Part shown: piece after piece, positions 38,664 to 49,155 of the stretch | How positions within the stretch are numbered: position 1 is the stretch's first letter | Layout: each line of letters starts with the position of its first letter | NCBI GenBank assembly: GCA_038998585.1 | Contig: JAVZGQ010000005.1 | Location: 1 to 56,493 of the forward strand | DNA from: Candidatus Aenigmatarchaeota archaeon | Lineage (GTDB): Archaea > Aenigmatarchaeota > Aenigmatarchaeia > CG10238-14 > SCSR01 | Reading direction: 5' to 3' | Length of the DNA stretch: 56,493 nt | Notes under the pieces: model-generated | What the model saw: only the letters and a program-made list of their open reading frames with translations | What the model was told of the DNA's origin: nothing | Databases searched by the model: none | Made by a program: the position numbers and the translations under genes

Positions 38664-39803
38664 ATGGTAGATGAAAAAGAAAAAGAAGAAAAGAGGGAAG
38701 AACACCCTGAGACAAAAGAGCAAAGGCTGAAAGAAGTTGAGGAATTTTCTAAGCAGGTTTTAGAGAAATACGGCAAATATATAAAATGTATAGTAATGAT
38801 GGGAAGTGTTGCTAGGGATGAATTTAAACCAAAGAGTGATATTGACATTTTTGTTGTTTTGGACGATGCCTCATTTGAAATTACACCGAAGCTCCAAGAA
38901 AAAATAGATGATGATTTAGAAAAAATTGCTGAAAAAATTTCTAGTAAACTCTCAGTTCAACCCAGCTACACTTTGACAGAATTCTGGGATTATGCAAGAG
39001 TTTGTCATCCTATAGTTTACAATTTCATCAAGGAGGGAATTGCGATTTATGACACAGGTTTTTTTATACCAATAAAAAGACTTCTTGAAATGGGTAAAAT
39101 ACCTGCAACAAGGGAGGCTATAGAAAGCTATATGGATGGGGCACCAAAGAAGCTCATGAGAGCAAAAACTGTTAAGCTGCTTATGCTTGCTGAAGACTGT
39201 TATTATGCTATGCTTAATACAGCTCAAGCTGTTTTGATGTTCATGGGCTTGGCCCCTCCTGTTCCAAGTAAGGCTTATGATGATGTCAAGAAATTTTTGG
39301 TTGAGCCCGGGATTTTGGAGCCGGAGTATGCTGAGTGGCTTAAGGAGATAATTGAAATAAGGAAGAAGATAGAACATAAAGAGCTTACGGATGTTGAAGG
39401 GAAGTTTGTTGATGAATGGATTATTAAAGCAGAAAAATTTGTTAACAAGATGTTTGGTTTGCTTAATGCCTTAGAAATAAGGAAGAGAGAGAAGATCTTG
39501 GAAAGAACTTATGAAGTCATGCACAAAGCTGCTATAACTGCTCTCAAAACTTTGAAAAAAATGCCTGAGAAAGAGGAAGAGGTTCAAATAGCTTTTAAGA
39601 AGGAATTCATCGATTCAAGGCTCATTGATCCTTACTATACTGAAGTTTGGAACAAAATTGTTAATATGAAAAAGCTTGTCGATGAGAAAAAAATAACAGA
39701 AATTTCTGATAAAGATGTTTATGAGATGAGGGAGCATGTGAGAAGGTTAATTCATGATTTGGCTAAAATATTGAAGGAGAAAGAAATGGAAGGAAAGAGC
39801 TAG
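38664..39803 (+). CDS. Nucleotidyltransferase (MNT)-HEPN fusion, intact RxxxxH
   Basis: MGSVARD..SDIDIFV, CYYAML, RKKIEH, extra C-terminal helical domain. Confidence 0.82.
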   Translation: MVDEKEKEEKREEHPETKEQRLKEVEEFSKQVLEKYGKYIKCIVMMGSVARDEFKPKSDIDIFVVLDDASFEITPKLQEKIDDDLEKIAEKISSKLSVQPSYTLTEFWDYARVCHPIVYNFIKEGIAIYDTGFFIPIKRLLEMGKIPATREAIESYMDGAPKKLMRAKTVKLLMLAEDCYYAMLNTAQAVLMFMGLAPPVPSKAYDDVKKFLVEPGILEPEYAEWLKEIIEIRKKIEHKELTDVEGKFVDEWIIKAEKFVNKMFGLLNALEIRKREKILERTYEVMHKAAITALKTLKKMPEKEEEVQIAFKKEFIDSRLIDPYYTEVWNKIVNMKKLVDEKKITEISDKDVYEMREHVRRLIHDLAKILKEKEMEGKS

Positions 39804-39886
39804 ATATCTGAAAATATTTGCTTTATAAATATTCCAATATTTTAAAAATATGCGAAATTACCAAATCTAGGAAAAAAATTACAATA

Positions 39887-40486
39887 CTAGAGATTATTTG
39901 CTGCAGATAATTTCCGTTCAACAACATCACCCAGAGGTGATTTCTCCATGAATATTTGAGATTCGAACTTGTATATTTTTACATCTAAATTTTTCCACAT
40001 GGTGGGAGGTAAACCAGCCTTATAACATAAGTTATTCAAGAAATCTTCAACATTCCATTTATATTCTACTGGAACTTGAGGTAGAAGTAAACCTTGACTA
40101 AAGCCATATTGAATGATTAAACCATCTCTCCCGATTTCTATTTTTTCAAAATATTCTTTTGGTCTTTTAACTCGAATGATCTCAGGTTCAGTTAAAATAG
40201 AAACTTCAAAAATCACTCTACCCAATTCTTCTTTCTCCATAGGTTTAAATCTCGGGTCTTCGTAAGCTGCCGAAATTGCAGCTTTCTGCACAGCTTCTCC
40301 CAAAGAAAAAATGGGATATGGAAAGCCTATACATCCTCTTAACTCTTTTTCAGGATAAGTTTCTATTGTGACGAAAACTCCTTTTTTGATTTCAAACTCC
40401 TTGCTAAATTTCATCCCAACTTTTCTTTTTTCAACGGCCTTTCTTGCCAACTTGATTAATTCCTTGCCTTGCTTTAGGTTAAACAT
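39887..40486 (-). CDS. AMMECR1 domain protein
   Basis: GVFVT, LRGCIG, DPRF, GLLLPQV, LCYKAG. Confidence 0.93.
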   Translation of the reverse strand: MFNLKQGKELIKLARKAVEKRKVGMKFSKEFEIKKGVFVTIETYPEKELRGCIGFPYPIFSLGEAVQKAAISAAYEDPRFKPMEKEELGRVIFEVSILTEPEIIRVKRPKEYFEKIEIGRDGLIIQYGFSQGLLLPQVPVEYKWNVEDFLNNLCYKAGLPPTMWKNLDVKIYKFESQIFMEKSPLGDVVERKLSAANNL

Positions 40487-40858
40487 AGTTTAATTTGAAA
40501 CAAATAAAAAAATAAAGATTTTCAATTTGTTTAAGCTGGAGATTAATAAGCTCTTATTTGAGATTAATTTGTGATGATATTATGTATATTTTCTGTTTTT
40601 ATGAAATCATTAAGCCTGATCTTTATCTATTTTAACAATGGGAAAATTACTAACTTGGTAAAGTTTGGCATGTGATTCAAAATATATTGTTAACATGTTC
40701 GGCTTATCTTTAAAATAAACTAGGAATGATATTAAACTCTATGAAATTATTTTCGACTTATCTCTATATATTTGGGCAATATTGCAAGGTCTACCTGAAA
40801 ATAAAAAACTATTAATAATGGAGATTTACACTTTGGTTGTTAAAAGAAATTTAAAAAA

Positions 40859-42046
40859 TCACTTTATTTCTTTTTTTAGAAAATAGAAAATTGTTAAAGC
40901 AAAGATTTGAGTGATGAAGACAAATGAAAATAAGTAAGAAATAGAAATTTCATAAAAAACCCCGGCCAGGGTACCACCTATAAGTAAAGCTAAACCATAA
41001 AATGCTGTGAAAATTCCATAAGCAGAACCCCTCTTAGATATTGGCACCATGTTCGCTATCACGGCTCTCATTATTGTTTCATGTGATCCAATCACTATAC
41101 CAAAAAGCAATATACCAAAAACAATAAAAATAAATTTATCGACAAAAACTAAAAATGGAATTGGTAAAGTCAACAGAGGTATCAAAATCAAGAGAAGCAA
41201 TCCACTTCTATTTCTGTTTCTTTCTAGTTTATCATAAGCTTTGCCTATGAGCGGAGCTGTTATTGCGTCAACTATCATAGCTAAAGAATAAAGCAGAGGA
41301 ATTATTGCTTCAGGCACAACATTATTAAACTTAAAATAATAGCCAAAGATCACAAAATTTATAAAACTAAGAGTTGTGGCAAATGTGAATAAAATGTAAA
41401 TCCAGAATATTTTTGGAAGCCTCCCCTCTTTATTTTTGTCAATTTTTTCTATTCTAGAGTTTTTAAATAAAAAGTAGGCAAAGAAAAGAACCCCCATCAA
41501 AAATAAAAATGGAATGAAAAGAAGACAGTAGGCATACTTGTATTCTACCAAGCCTATTGTTTTAAAATTTAAAAAAGCCATTGAAATTAACAAAGGTCCA
41601 ATTAGTGCACCTATTTGATCTAGAAACTCATGAATTCCAAATCCAAATCCCGCGCCAATCTTTTTTGCGACATATGAAATAATAATGTCTCTTGCAGGAT
41701 TTCTTATCGCTTTTCCAATTCTTTCAAAAATTATAAAAAATATAGCAAGTTGCCAATTTCCTACAAAAGCAAGAAAAGGGATAAAAGCAAGCAGAGCATA
41801 CCCAAGAATTGTTAATAACCAATAAGATTTTGTTTTGTCTGAAATATAGCCAGAAACTACTCTCAAAGCATGGCCAAAAAATTCTCCAAGGCCTGTGAAA
41901 AAACCAATTACTGCTACACTTGCTCCAAGAATTTGTAGATATTGGCCATTAATTCCTCTTGCTCCTTCATAAATTATGTCGCCAAACAAACTTACTAAAC
42001 CAAAAATTGTTATTAGGATTAAAGCCTTTTTTAAAAATTTTTTCAT
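40859..42046 (-). CDS. MFS transporter
   Basis: About 12 TM, GYISDKT, ERIGKAIRNPARD. Confidence 0.92.
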   Translation of the reverse strand: MKKFLKKALILITIFGLVSLFGDIIYEGARGINGQYLQILGASVAVIGFFTGLGEFFGHALRVVSGYISDKTKSYWLLTILGYALLAFIPFLAFVGNWQLAIFFIIFERIGKAIRNPARDIIISYVAKKIGAGFGFGIHEFLDQIGALIGPLLISMAFLNFKTIGLVEYKYAYCLLFIPFLFLMGVLFFAYFLFKNSRIEKIDKNKEGRLPKIFWIYILFTFATTLSFINFVIFGYYFKFNNVVPEAIIPLLYSLAMIVDAITAPLIGKAYDKLERNRNRSGLLLLILIPLLTLPIPFLVFVDKFIFIVFGILLFGIVIGSHETIMRAVIANMVPISKRGSAYGIFTAFYGLALLIGGTLAGVFYEISISYLFSFVFITQIFALTIFYFLKKEIK

Positions 42047-42126
42047 ATTTTCGACAAAAAGATTTTTTGTTTTTCTAATCTTAAAGCTATTTTGAACTTA
42101 AATATGAATTTTTTTAAAGCTAATTT

Positions 42127-42615
42127 ATGAGAATTTACACTTTAGGCCACAGCACAAGAAGCTTAGAAAAATTTTTGGGAATTTTGAAGATTTTTAAAAT
42201 TGATTTGGTAATTGATGTTAGACATTGGCCATCAAGCAAAAAATTCCCATGGTTTAATAAAGATAATTTGGAAAAAGAATTGACTAAGGAAAGAATTCAA
42301 TATCTTCACTTTCCTGAGCTAGGAGGCTACAGGAAAGAAGGATACGAAGCATTCAGCAAGAGTGAGGAGTTTTCTAAAGCTTTAAGCAAGCTAGTGAAAT
42401 TGATTGATGATAAAAATGTAGCACTGTTTTGTGCAGAATTTTTGTGGTGGCGTTGTCATAGAAAATATATTGCTAAAGCTTTAGTTGAAAAAGGAATAGA
42501 AGTAATTCATATTTTTGATGAAGAAAGAATTCAAAAACATATATCAAAAGAAAAAGAAGTGGAAGAGAAAATGAAACTAAGGCTTTGGTGCGACAAAAAA
42601 TTAAGGTTAAAATAA
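42127..42615 (+). CDS. DUF488 family protein
   Basis: YTLGHS, IDVR..P.S, LGG.R, CAE...WRCHR. Confidence 0.9.
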   Translation: MRIYTLGHSTRSLEKFLGILKIFKIDLVIDVRHWPSSKKFPWFNKDNLEKELTKERIQYLHFPELGGYRKEGYEAFSKSEEFSKALSKLVKLIDDKNVALFCAEFLWWRCHRKYIAKALVEKGIEVIHIFDEERIQKHISKEKEVEEKMKLRLWCDKKLRLK

Positions 42616-43551
42616 TTACTCTTCTCTAGCCTTTTTCTCGACCTCTTCTTCAATTCCAAGTTTTTCAACAAGCTCTTTTTGTCTGTTACGGATCGTAACT
42701 TCAGTAACACCTACGATGTCGGCAACTTCTCTTTGCGTCCTTTTCTCCCCAACAAGAACAGAAGCAATGTAAATCGCAGCTGCTGCCACACCTGTAGGTC
42801 CTTTACCAGAAGTTATTTCTGACTTCTTAGCCTTCTTCAAAATCTCTATTGCTTTTGCCTGTACTCTATCGCTCAAACCAAGCATAGAGCAAAATCTTGG
42901 AACAAAAGTTATTGGGTCAGCTGGCAAAATTCTGACATCGAGCTCCCTTGCTATGTAGCGATAAGTTCTTCCTATTTCTCTTTTCTCAACGCCAGAAGCT
43001 TCAGAAATTTCATCAAGCGTTCGAGGAGAACCAAATTCTCTTGAGACGGCATAAGCCAAAGCTGCTATAACAGACTCTATGCTTCTTCCCCTAACCAGGC
43101 CTTTGTTAACAGCTTCTTCATAATACCTTGCTATTCTTTCATGAATGCTTTTTGATAAGTTCAAAAAAGAAACTATTCTCTGCAACTCACTTAAAGCAAA
43201 ACTCAGATTTCTGTCCTTTGATTTTATCAAACGCTTATGCCATTTTGTGAGTCTGTAGTATTGTGCTCTTTTCTTAGCCGGGACCTTGTAAAGCTCACCC
43301 ACACCTTTTCCTATTTCTGTGGTCATTCCCTTGTCATGTTTTGTGAAAGTTAAGGGTGCACCACCTCTAGCTCTCCTACTCATCTGTTCAGAATCAAAAG
43401 CTCTCCATTCTTGTCCGGTATCTATAATTTCTTCCTTCAAAACAAGCCCACAATCCTTGCAGATTATCTCCCCGCGGTTAGGGTCTTCTATAAGGTTAGC
43501 ACTACCACATTCGGAACATCTTTGACCTGCTTTTATTTTCTTTTTTATCAT
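42616..43551 (-). CDS. tfb: Transcription initiation factor IIB
   Basis: Zn ribbon CSECG...CKDCG, EWRAF, two cyclin repeats, VTEVTIRNR. Confidence 0.96.
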   Translation of the reverse strand: MIKKKIKAGQRCSECGSANLIEDPNRGEIICKDCGLVLKEEIIDTGQEWRAFDSEQMSRRARGGAPLTFTKHDKGMTTEIGKGVGELYKVPAKKRAQYYRLTKWHKRLIKSKDRNLSFALSELQRIVSFLNLSKSIHERIARYYEEAVNKGLVRGRSIESVIAALAYAVSREFGSPRTLDEISEASGVEKREIGRTYRYIARELDVRILPADPITFVPRFCSMLGLSDRVQAKAIEILKKAKKSEITSGKGPTGVAAAAIYIASVLVGEKRTQREVADIVGVTEVTIRNRQKELVEKLGIEEEVEKKAREE

Positions 43552-43759
43552 TTTATCACTTTCAAGTGAAACTCTCACTAAAAACTTATAAAAATGTTGT
43601 GCCAATAAATATTTAAAGCTTTTGGTTTCCGTTTCTTTTAACTTATTAAATATGTTTTTTTGAAAGACTTAAGTTTTTTAATGATTTTTTGATAGCAAAG
43701 TTTACTAAACTTATTATAATCATCTTGATAATCTTGATTTTACCAATCTAATTTTTTGT

Positions 43760-44230
43760 TCATTTGGCTCGACTCCTTGGCAATCTCTTAAGTCTAGCCC
43801 CACATACAGGACACTCTTTTAGATTTTGTTTAAAATATTTTTTACAAACAGCACAATATTTTTTCCAAAAATATAGTTCTCTGATTCCTTTACTGAATAT
43901 AGAGAGATATTTTATTCCAAATCCCTTAGCCACATTTTGGATATTGTAATCATCAGAAATTACAATTGCATCAATTTGCTTGGCTAGAGCTAAAACCTGA
44001 ATATCCGTGTTAGAAAGCCTTTCCAGATCTCCGGTCTTCTTAGCTATTTCTTTTATTTTCCTCACAAAATTTTCCTCAGGCTCAATTATTCTTGCTTCTA
44101 GGGCTTCAAGCTTTATGCTAGAAAGCTTGTCTTTAACTTCTTCTTTCACTAAAGGCGGGATGAAAATTTCATTAAACTTGCGAAAATCTTGGAGATAGAT
44201 TATCGCAGAAGTATCGAGTACCACCCTCAT
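43760..44230 (-). CDS. Nob1-like PIN ribonuclease with Zn ribbon
   Basis: VLDTSA, TGD...LS.TD, SDDYNIQNV, CxxC...CPVCG. Confidence 0.9.
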   Translation of the reverse strand: MRVVLDTSAIIYLQDFRKFNEIFIPPLVKEEVKDKLSSIKLEALEARIIEPEENFVRKIKEIAKKTGDLERLSNTDIQVLALAKQIDAIVISDDYNIQNVAKGFGIKYLSIFSKGIRELYFWKKYCAVCKKYFKQNLKECPVCGARLKRLPRSRAK

Positions 44231-44273
44231 AACAATAAATAATAAAAAGGCGTAAATAAAATATCAGATTGTT

Positions 44274-44486
44274 ATGAAAGACTTCCCACTTTTCCCTTTG
44301 GAAAAGATTTTGAAAAAAGCAGGAAAAGAGATTGGGGCCGATAGGGTTTCCGAGTCAGCTGTAATTGAGCTCAAGAATATTATGCTCGAGATAGCTGAAA
44401 AAATTGCTCTCGATGCCCTAGTGGCAGCAAGGCATGCAAAGCGTGTTACTGTTAGAAGGGAAGATGTTCAGATGGCGGTGAGATGA
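44274..44486 (+). CDS. Archaeal histone
   Basis: RVSESA...ARHAKRVTVRREDV histone fold. Confidence 0.93.
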   Translation: MKDFPLFPLEKILKKAGKEIGADRVSESAVIELKNIMLEIAEKIALDALVAARHAKRVTVRREDVQMAVR

Positions 44487-44876
44487 ATGTCAAAAACAAC
44501 AACAGTAATAAAAGATCTCAAACCCAATGGGTTTGTTTTAATAGAAGATGCTCCTTGTAGAGTGGAAAGGGTTGATGTGAGCAAGTCTGGTAAACATGGG
44601 GCGGCTAAGGCAAGGGTGGAAGCAATTGGTCTTTTGGACAACAAGAGAAGAAGTATAGTTAAGCCTGCTGACGACACAGTTGAAGTTCCCATTCTTGAGA
44701 AAAAGAAGGCCCAGGTTGTTGCTATTCTTGGGGAGAAAGCTCAGCTTATGGATTTATCAACCTTTGAAGTTTTTGAACTCGAGATTCCTGAAGAAAGAAA
44801 AGAAAAAATAAAGCAGGGAGAGGAAGTAGAATATTTTGAGATAGTTGGTATAAGAACCTTGAAAGAATTGAAATAA
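44487..44876 (+). CDS. eif5a: Translation factor aIF-5A
   Basis: Hypusine motif SKSGKHGAAK. Confidence 0.96.
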   Translation: MSKTTTVIKDLKPNGFVLIEDAPCRVERVDVSKSGKHGAAKARVEAIGLLDNKRRSIVKPADDTVEVPILEKKKAQVVAILGEKAQLMDLSTFEVFELEIPEERKEKIKQGEEVEYFEIVGIRTLKELK

Positions 44877-45092
44877 ATTTGGGTAAAATAAAGCTAGTTT
44901 TATTAGTTATAAAATGTTTACAATAGAGACTTTTAAATTAACAAAAGATTTCAACGACTTGAGATTCTTTCAATATTTTCTTTTGTCGCGATTTTTCATA
45001 AGAGGAATAGCTTTCAATAAACAAAAAATAATACATTTTCAAACTTTTTGATAACATCAACGATTAAATTCTTTTGCATTTTATTACTAATT

Positions 45093-46259
45093 ATGTCAGA
45101 GGATGATAGAAAAATAGGTAGATTCATTAAACAAGATATTGAAACATGGAAAGCCTTTTCTCTATATCCGAGATCTACTCCAGCAATGAGAGAAGAAGAA
45201 TTTTTATTAATCAAAAAAAACTTATTAAGCCTTAAGCTTCGTGCATTGGAAGAACATCCAAGAGTATGCTATTTAGCTACTGAGAGAATTCCTCTGGTAA
45301 AATATCTTCCATATGCCTTTATAGAAAGAATTGAAAAGGAAACAAGAAAGAGAATAATAGAATGCATAGGTGAGTATTATAACGAAGATGAGTATTCAGA
45401 AGACAAATTAATAAAAATAAAGGAGACCATCTTAGACTTGAAAGTGCTTGCAAATCTTCACAATATAGGCATAAATGATTTCTATGATTTCATGACGCCT
45501 GTCAGAGTGTTAAACGAATGGGTATATTCAATAGACGAGATGATAGATAATCATATGGATAATCAAACCAACATAAGAAGCATGATGTATATTTCAGGAA
45601 AAATGCGCTTTGTGGCAGGAGAAATTATCAAAAGCATGTGCAAGGGCGATTTGGTTGGAATGATTCCAGATTTTCGTGACATAGTTGAAGCTAATTATCT
45701 TAGGGAGACCGCTGGTTTAAATCCAGATAAACATATCTTACAATACCTACGCTTATTTTTCAAGAACTTCCTCGAGCCCAGTGATTATGAGTATCTTGAC
45801 ACGGGCTTTTATGGAGATTTATTTACAGAATGGTTCCAAAAACAAATAGGTAATAATAAACAAAAACTCCAATTAATTTGGAATGCAAGGTGTAGAGCAA
45901 CTGATGTTATTGATGGTTTGATTGATCTGGAAGATGATGTTAAAAATAAAGTATTTAGCCCCTTAGTCCTTTATATCTACGACATTAGTAAGCCTAGTGA
46001 AAAAAACAAAATAGAAAATTCTATATTTTCAGGAAAATATAACAAAGAGTTTGAAAAAACGATTCAGAATTACTCATATGAACTTCTTATGCGAATTAAA
46101 AACTATTTAGATAGCATTAAATCAAATTCTGAAAATATACAGCAATTTAAGGATAGAACTTACCGTATTATCGATTTAGGTCTTCAGATTACTCAAGATA
46201 CTGAAGCCTCAACAGAATATGAAAGATTTTATATACAATCGCTCAAAGAACTATTTTAA
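45093..46259 (+). CDS. Hypothetical helical protein, possible class I isoprenoid-synthase fold
   Basis: Two acidic motifs IDEMID and IDGLIDLEDD about 130 aa apart. Confidence 0.5.
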   Translation: MSEDDRKIGRFIKQDIETWKAFSLYPRSTPAMREEEFLLIKKNLLSLKLRALEEHPRVCYLATERIPLVKYLPYAFIERIEKETRKRIIECIGEYYNEDEYSEDKLIKIKETILDLKVLANLHNIGINDFYDFMTPVRVLNEWVYSIDEMIDNHMDNQTNIRSMMYISGKMRFVAGEIIKSMCKGDLVGMIPDFRDIVEANYLRETAGLNPDKHILQYLRLFFKNFLEPSDYEYLDTGFYGDLFTEWFQKQIGNNKQKLQLIWNARCRATDVIDGLIDLEDDVKNKVFSPLVLYIYDISKPSEKNKIENSIFSGKYNKEFEKTIQNYSYELLMRIKNYLDSIKSNSENIQQFKDRTYRIIDLGLQITQDTEASTEYERFYIQSLKELF

Positions 46260-46958
46260 CTGTTTTCTTAATCTATCAATTTCACTACGAAGCACATTGT
46301 AGCCTCTATGTGCATCTTTTTCACTTAATATCAAAATACCTTCGTTATAACTTGACAAAATTTCAACAACATTTATTCCACTTAACCCTAGAATAGAAAG
46401 TATATAGCCACCCACTCCTGGTACATTCAATATATCCTTTGGTGTGAATATGTTCAATGCTGCCTGATTCTTTCTATGATAAATTATATTTTCTCTCCCA
46501 ATGATTTTTAAGATTTTTTCTAAGTTTTCTTGAGCGGTTATCAGTGTTATGAATGTGTGTCCATAAGTGATATGGAAAAACTGTTTTTCTTTTCTCGAGT
46601 AGATATATTGCATGATCTTCAAGAGCCTATTTTCAATATTTTTGACTATCTTTATGCCAAAAACTGCTACATCACTCTCTAAACTAACACGAGTGCTTGC
46701 TATCATTTTTCTCAAAACATTTACATCATATCCTGCAAGCTTACCACTTTTTTCAACATAATGAATATATCTTTCAATCACTTTCGCAATTGATCCTAGA
46801 CTTGGCTCATACCCCAACTCTTTCTTTATTTCTGGCAAGAGCCTTCTCGCAACCTTACGTGGGCTTGAAATTTTATTGATTATAGCTATGATTGATGCTA
46901 CATCTTTTTCTAAAATCATCTTTACTGTTCTTGCCACTATTCTTGATTGAAGTGTCAT
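46251..46958 (-). CDS. ACT-domain-containing regulator-like protein
   Basis: N-terminal helical/HTH-like part. C-terminal PGVGGYILSILGLSGINVVEILSSY ACT signature. Confidence 0.75.
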   Translation of the reverse strand: MTLQSRIVARTVKMILEKDVASIIAIINKISSPRKVARRLLPEIKKELGYEPSLGSIAKVIERYIHYVEKSGKLAGYDVNVLRKMIASTRVSLESDVAVFGIKIVKNIENRLLKIMQYIYSRKEKQFFHITYGHTFITLITAQENLEKILKIIGRENIIYHRKNQAALNIFTPKDILNVPGVGGYILSILGLSGINVVEILSSYNEGILILSEKDAHRGYNVLRSEIDRLRKQLK

Positions 46959-47283
46959 AATTTATCTTTGATATCAATTCTTATAAATTTAATTTGCGAC
47001 ATTTTTGTCAATTTTTGTCTTTTAAAATATACAATAAAAATTTTTATAACAATTTTGATATATAGGTGTTGTAAATTACGTCAAGCTATGTAGGGCCCGA
47101 CGAGGAATTAGAAAAAGGGGCTATGCCAAAAAAGAAACGCATAGCTAAATAAGGAAGGTGGACTTTAATAAGAAAACTCGAGAAATCTTGTTGGGATTTG
47201 GTATGGGCGGGATGAAAGATATAAACCAAGGTCTCATGGTTCTTATTTTCATCCATATGATGAATAATTTTAAATAGCAAGAG

Positions 47284-48411
47284 GTGATTAGTTTGAGTAA
47301 AAACAGTTTGAATGATATTGAATCATTTGTTAGAGAATTGCTTACAACTAATAAATTTTATGAATTAGAAGTAGACTCTGCGCAAACAATAAAGGGTCTG
47401 ACAAAAATACCTGTAATATCTAAATATAATTTCAATAGTGGTTTGAACTACAAACTTATAAACCAGGCCCAAGATGAAAAAGTTATCGAAATTAAAGAAA
47501 CAGGTAATGTGTCTGAACTTGAGGTATATAATCATGCCAATTATCCCGTGTTAATTCCGTCTGGCAGTTTATTGATATCTAAAAAGGGTGGATGGCAAGA
47601 TAGGGTACTCACGACAGATATCTTGATTGAAGCTAATTGCATGTTAAGATTACCCGTCGCTTGTGTAGAACAATACAGATGGCGGCCTAGACCAGAATCT
47701 GAATTTAATAGAATTTATCAAAAATTAGGAATTGACGAATCATATGAGGAATCAGATTTTCATGCAATGTATTTTGTTTCCCCTCGTGTAACACGTGTGT
47801 TAATGACATCTATAGATGATAATATTGAGAAAGGATATAGTGGTAGTATGCGCTTTAGGGTAAATCAAGCAGAAGTTTGGAGAGAAGTTGAAAAGGAAAT
47901 AGAAGAAGCAAATGCAAAAACATTAACCAAAGCATTCACAGAAGTTTTTATAAAAGATGATAAGAAATTGGAGTTTGATATATATGAAGGTGAAGTTGGT
48001 GACATCTTCATTGGTTCTGGTAAAATTCTTGGCATGGAACTATATGAAACGCCAGATATTTGGAGAAATATATGCGGACAAACGATAAAAAGGTATAAGT
48101 TAGCCGCAAAGGATCAAAAGGATTTTGATAAAAGAGCCTTAGACAAATTTTTCTCAGATTTGAGTAAGTGTGAAGTTAAAGCTAAAAAATCTTTGGGATT
48201 AGGATTCGATGTAAGGATAACAAAGAGTGTGAATGGAGCATGTTTAATTATCGGGTCAGCCCAAAATTACACTCCAGCTCATATAACAATAGTTCCAAAA
48301 GAAGAGATTGGGGAAAGATTACTAGACTCTTCATGGATTCTCCAAGATACAACAAATTCACCTCCTGGATTACCTAGAATGTACCAAGAAGTAATTAGGT
48401 GTTTTGATTGA
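47284..48411 (+). CDS. ARPP-1 (DUF6569)-like domain protein
   Basis: V.EL.V.N, GGWQDRVL, LPVACVEQYRW, Q.EVW.EV motifs. Confidence 0.7.
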   Translation: MISLSKNSLNDIESFVRELLTTNKFYELEVDSAQTIKGLTKIPVISKYNFNSGLNYKLINQAQDEKVIEIKETGNVSELEVYNHANYPVLIPSGSLLISKKGGWQDRVLTTDILIEANCMLRLPVACVEQYRWRPRPESEFNRIYQKLGIDESYEESDFHAMYFVSPRVTRVLMTSIDDNIEKGYSGSMRFRVNQAEVWREVEKEIEEANAKTLTKAFTEVFIKDDKKLEFDIYEGEVGDIFIGSGKILGMELYETPDIWRNICGQTIKRYKLAAKDQKDFDKRALDKFFSDLSKCEVKAKKSLGLGFDVRITKSVNGACLIIGSAQNYTPAHITIVPKEEIGERLLDSSWILQDTTNSPPGLPRMYQEVIRCFD

Positions 48412-49130
48412 CATATGAGATTTTGTACTCTTACACAGAAGCCTCAATAATTGCAGCAAAAATAAGAGAAGACACCAATTCAGATAACTTTATTCGAGTT
48501 GGGATCTCTTTTACTCTTAACGAAGATTACAGAAGAACTATTTTTAAGCCAGAGCAAGAATATTGTAGTGCTAGGGTTCTAGATTGCCTTTCGGATTTAA
48601 ATGAGCTAATCAACGATAGCATGGGAGAAAAACAAAATTATTTGATAAGAAAAGCTGAGCTATGTTATGGTGGGTCTGTAAGCTCGATTAATAAAAATGC
48701 TGAGAAAGAACTGATTTACATGATGCGAGAACCAATTCGAGAAAATAATAACATTCGTCTGAATGAATTGAAGAAGATATGTGATAAATTAAAAAGTAGA
48801 TATAAGGATGTTGCCTTATATAAAGACTCTGGGATTTATTTATCAGCAGCAATGCCTTACAATCCACTATACGAGAATCCTGGTGTGAGCATTGATTTGT
48901 TAGACATAAGAATACCAAGAGAAGTTTTAGGATGTAGAGTGGAATTCGTTCTACCGGAAAGAATTTATGATTGTAAAAAAATTGAGGGTCCTTTCAACTC
49001 TCTTGCGCAATATATTATGTTTGGGAAGATGTTAGAAGATCTTGAGAAGGCTCATCAAGAATTTTTAGATTTAGTTGACCAATCAAAAGAAGTAAGAAAA
49101 TTAAAAGTTGTGAAAAAGATAAGTGTTTGA
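48408..49130 (+). CDS. Hypothetical protein coupled to the ARPP-1-like gene
   Basis: 4-nt overlap. No recognised motif. Confidence 0.6.
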   Translation: MTYEILYSYTEASIIAAKIREDTNSDNFIRVGISFTLNEDYRRTIFKPEQEYCSARVLDCLSDLNELINDSMGEKQNYLIRKAELCYGGSVSSINKNAEKELIYMMREPIRENNNIRLNELKKICDKLKSRYKDVALYKDSGIYLSAAMPYNPLYENPGVSIDLLDIRIPREVLGCRVEFVLPERIYDCKKIEGPFNSLAQYIMFGKMLEDLEKAHQEFLDLVDQSKEVRKLKVVKKISV

Positions 49131-49155
49131 AACATTTAGAAAATTAGTTTAACTC

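Noticed and set aside
7555-47015. Recurring CGACA/TGTCG half-sites in intergenic DNA (e.g. 8090-8103, 46996-47011)
   Set aside because: Spacing is inconsistent and there are few full palindromes; needs a genome-wide motif test.
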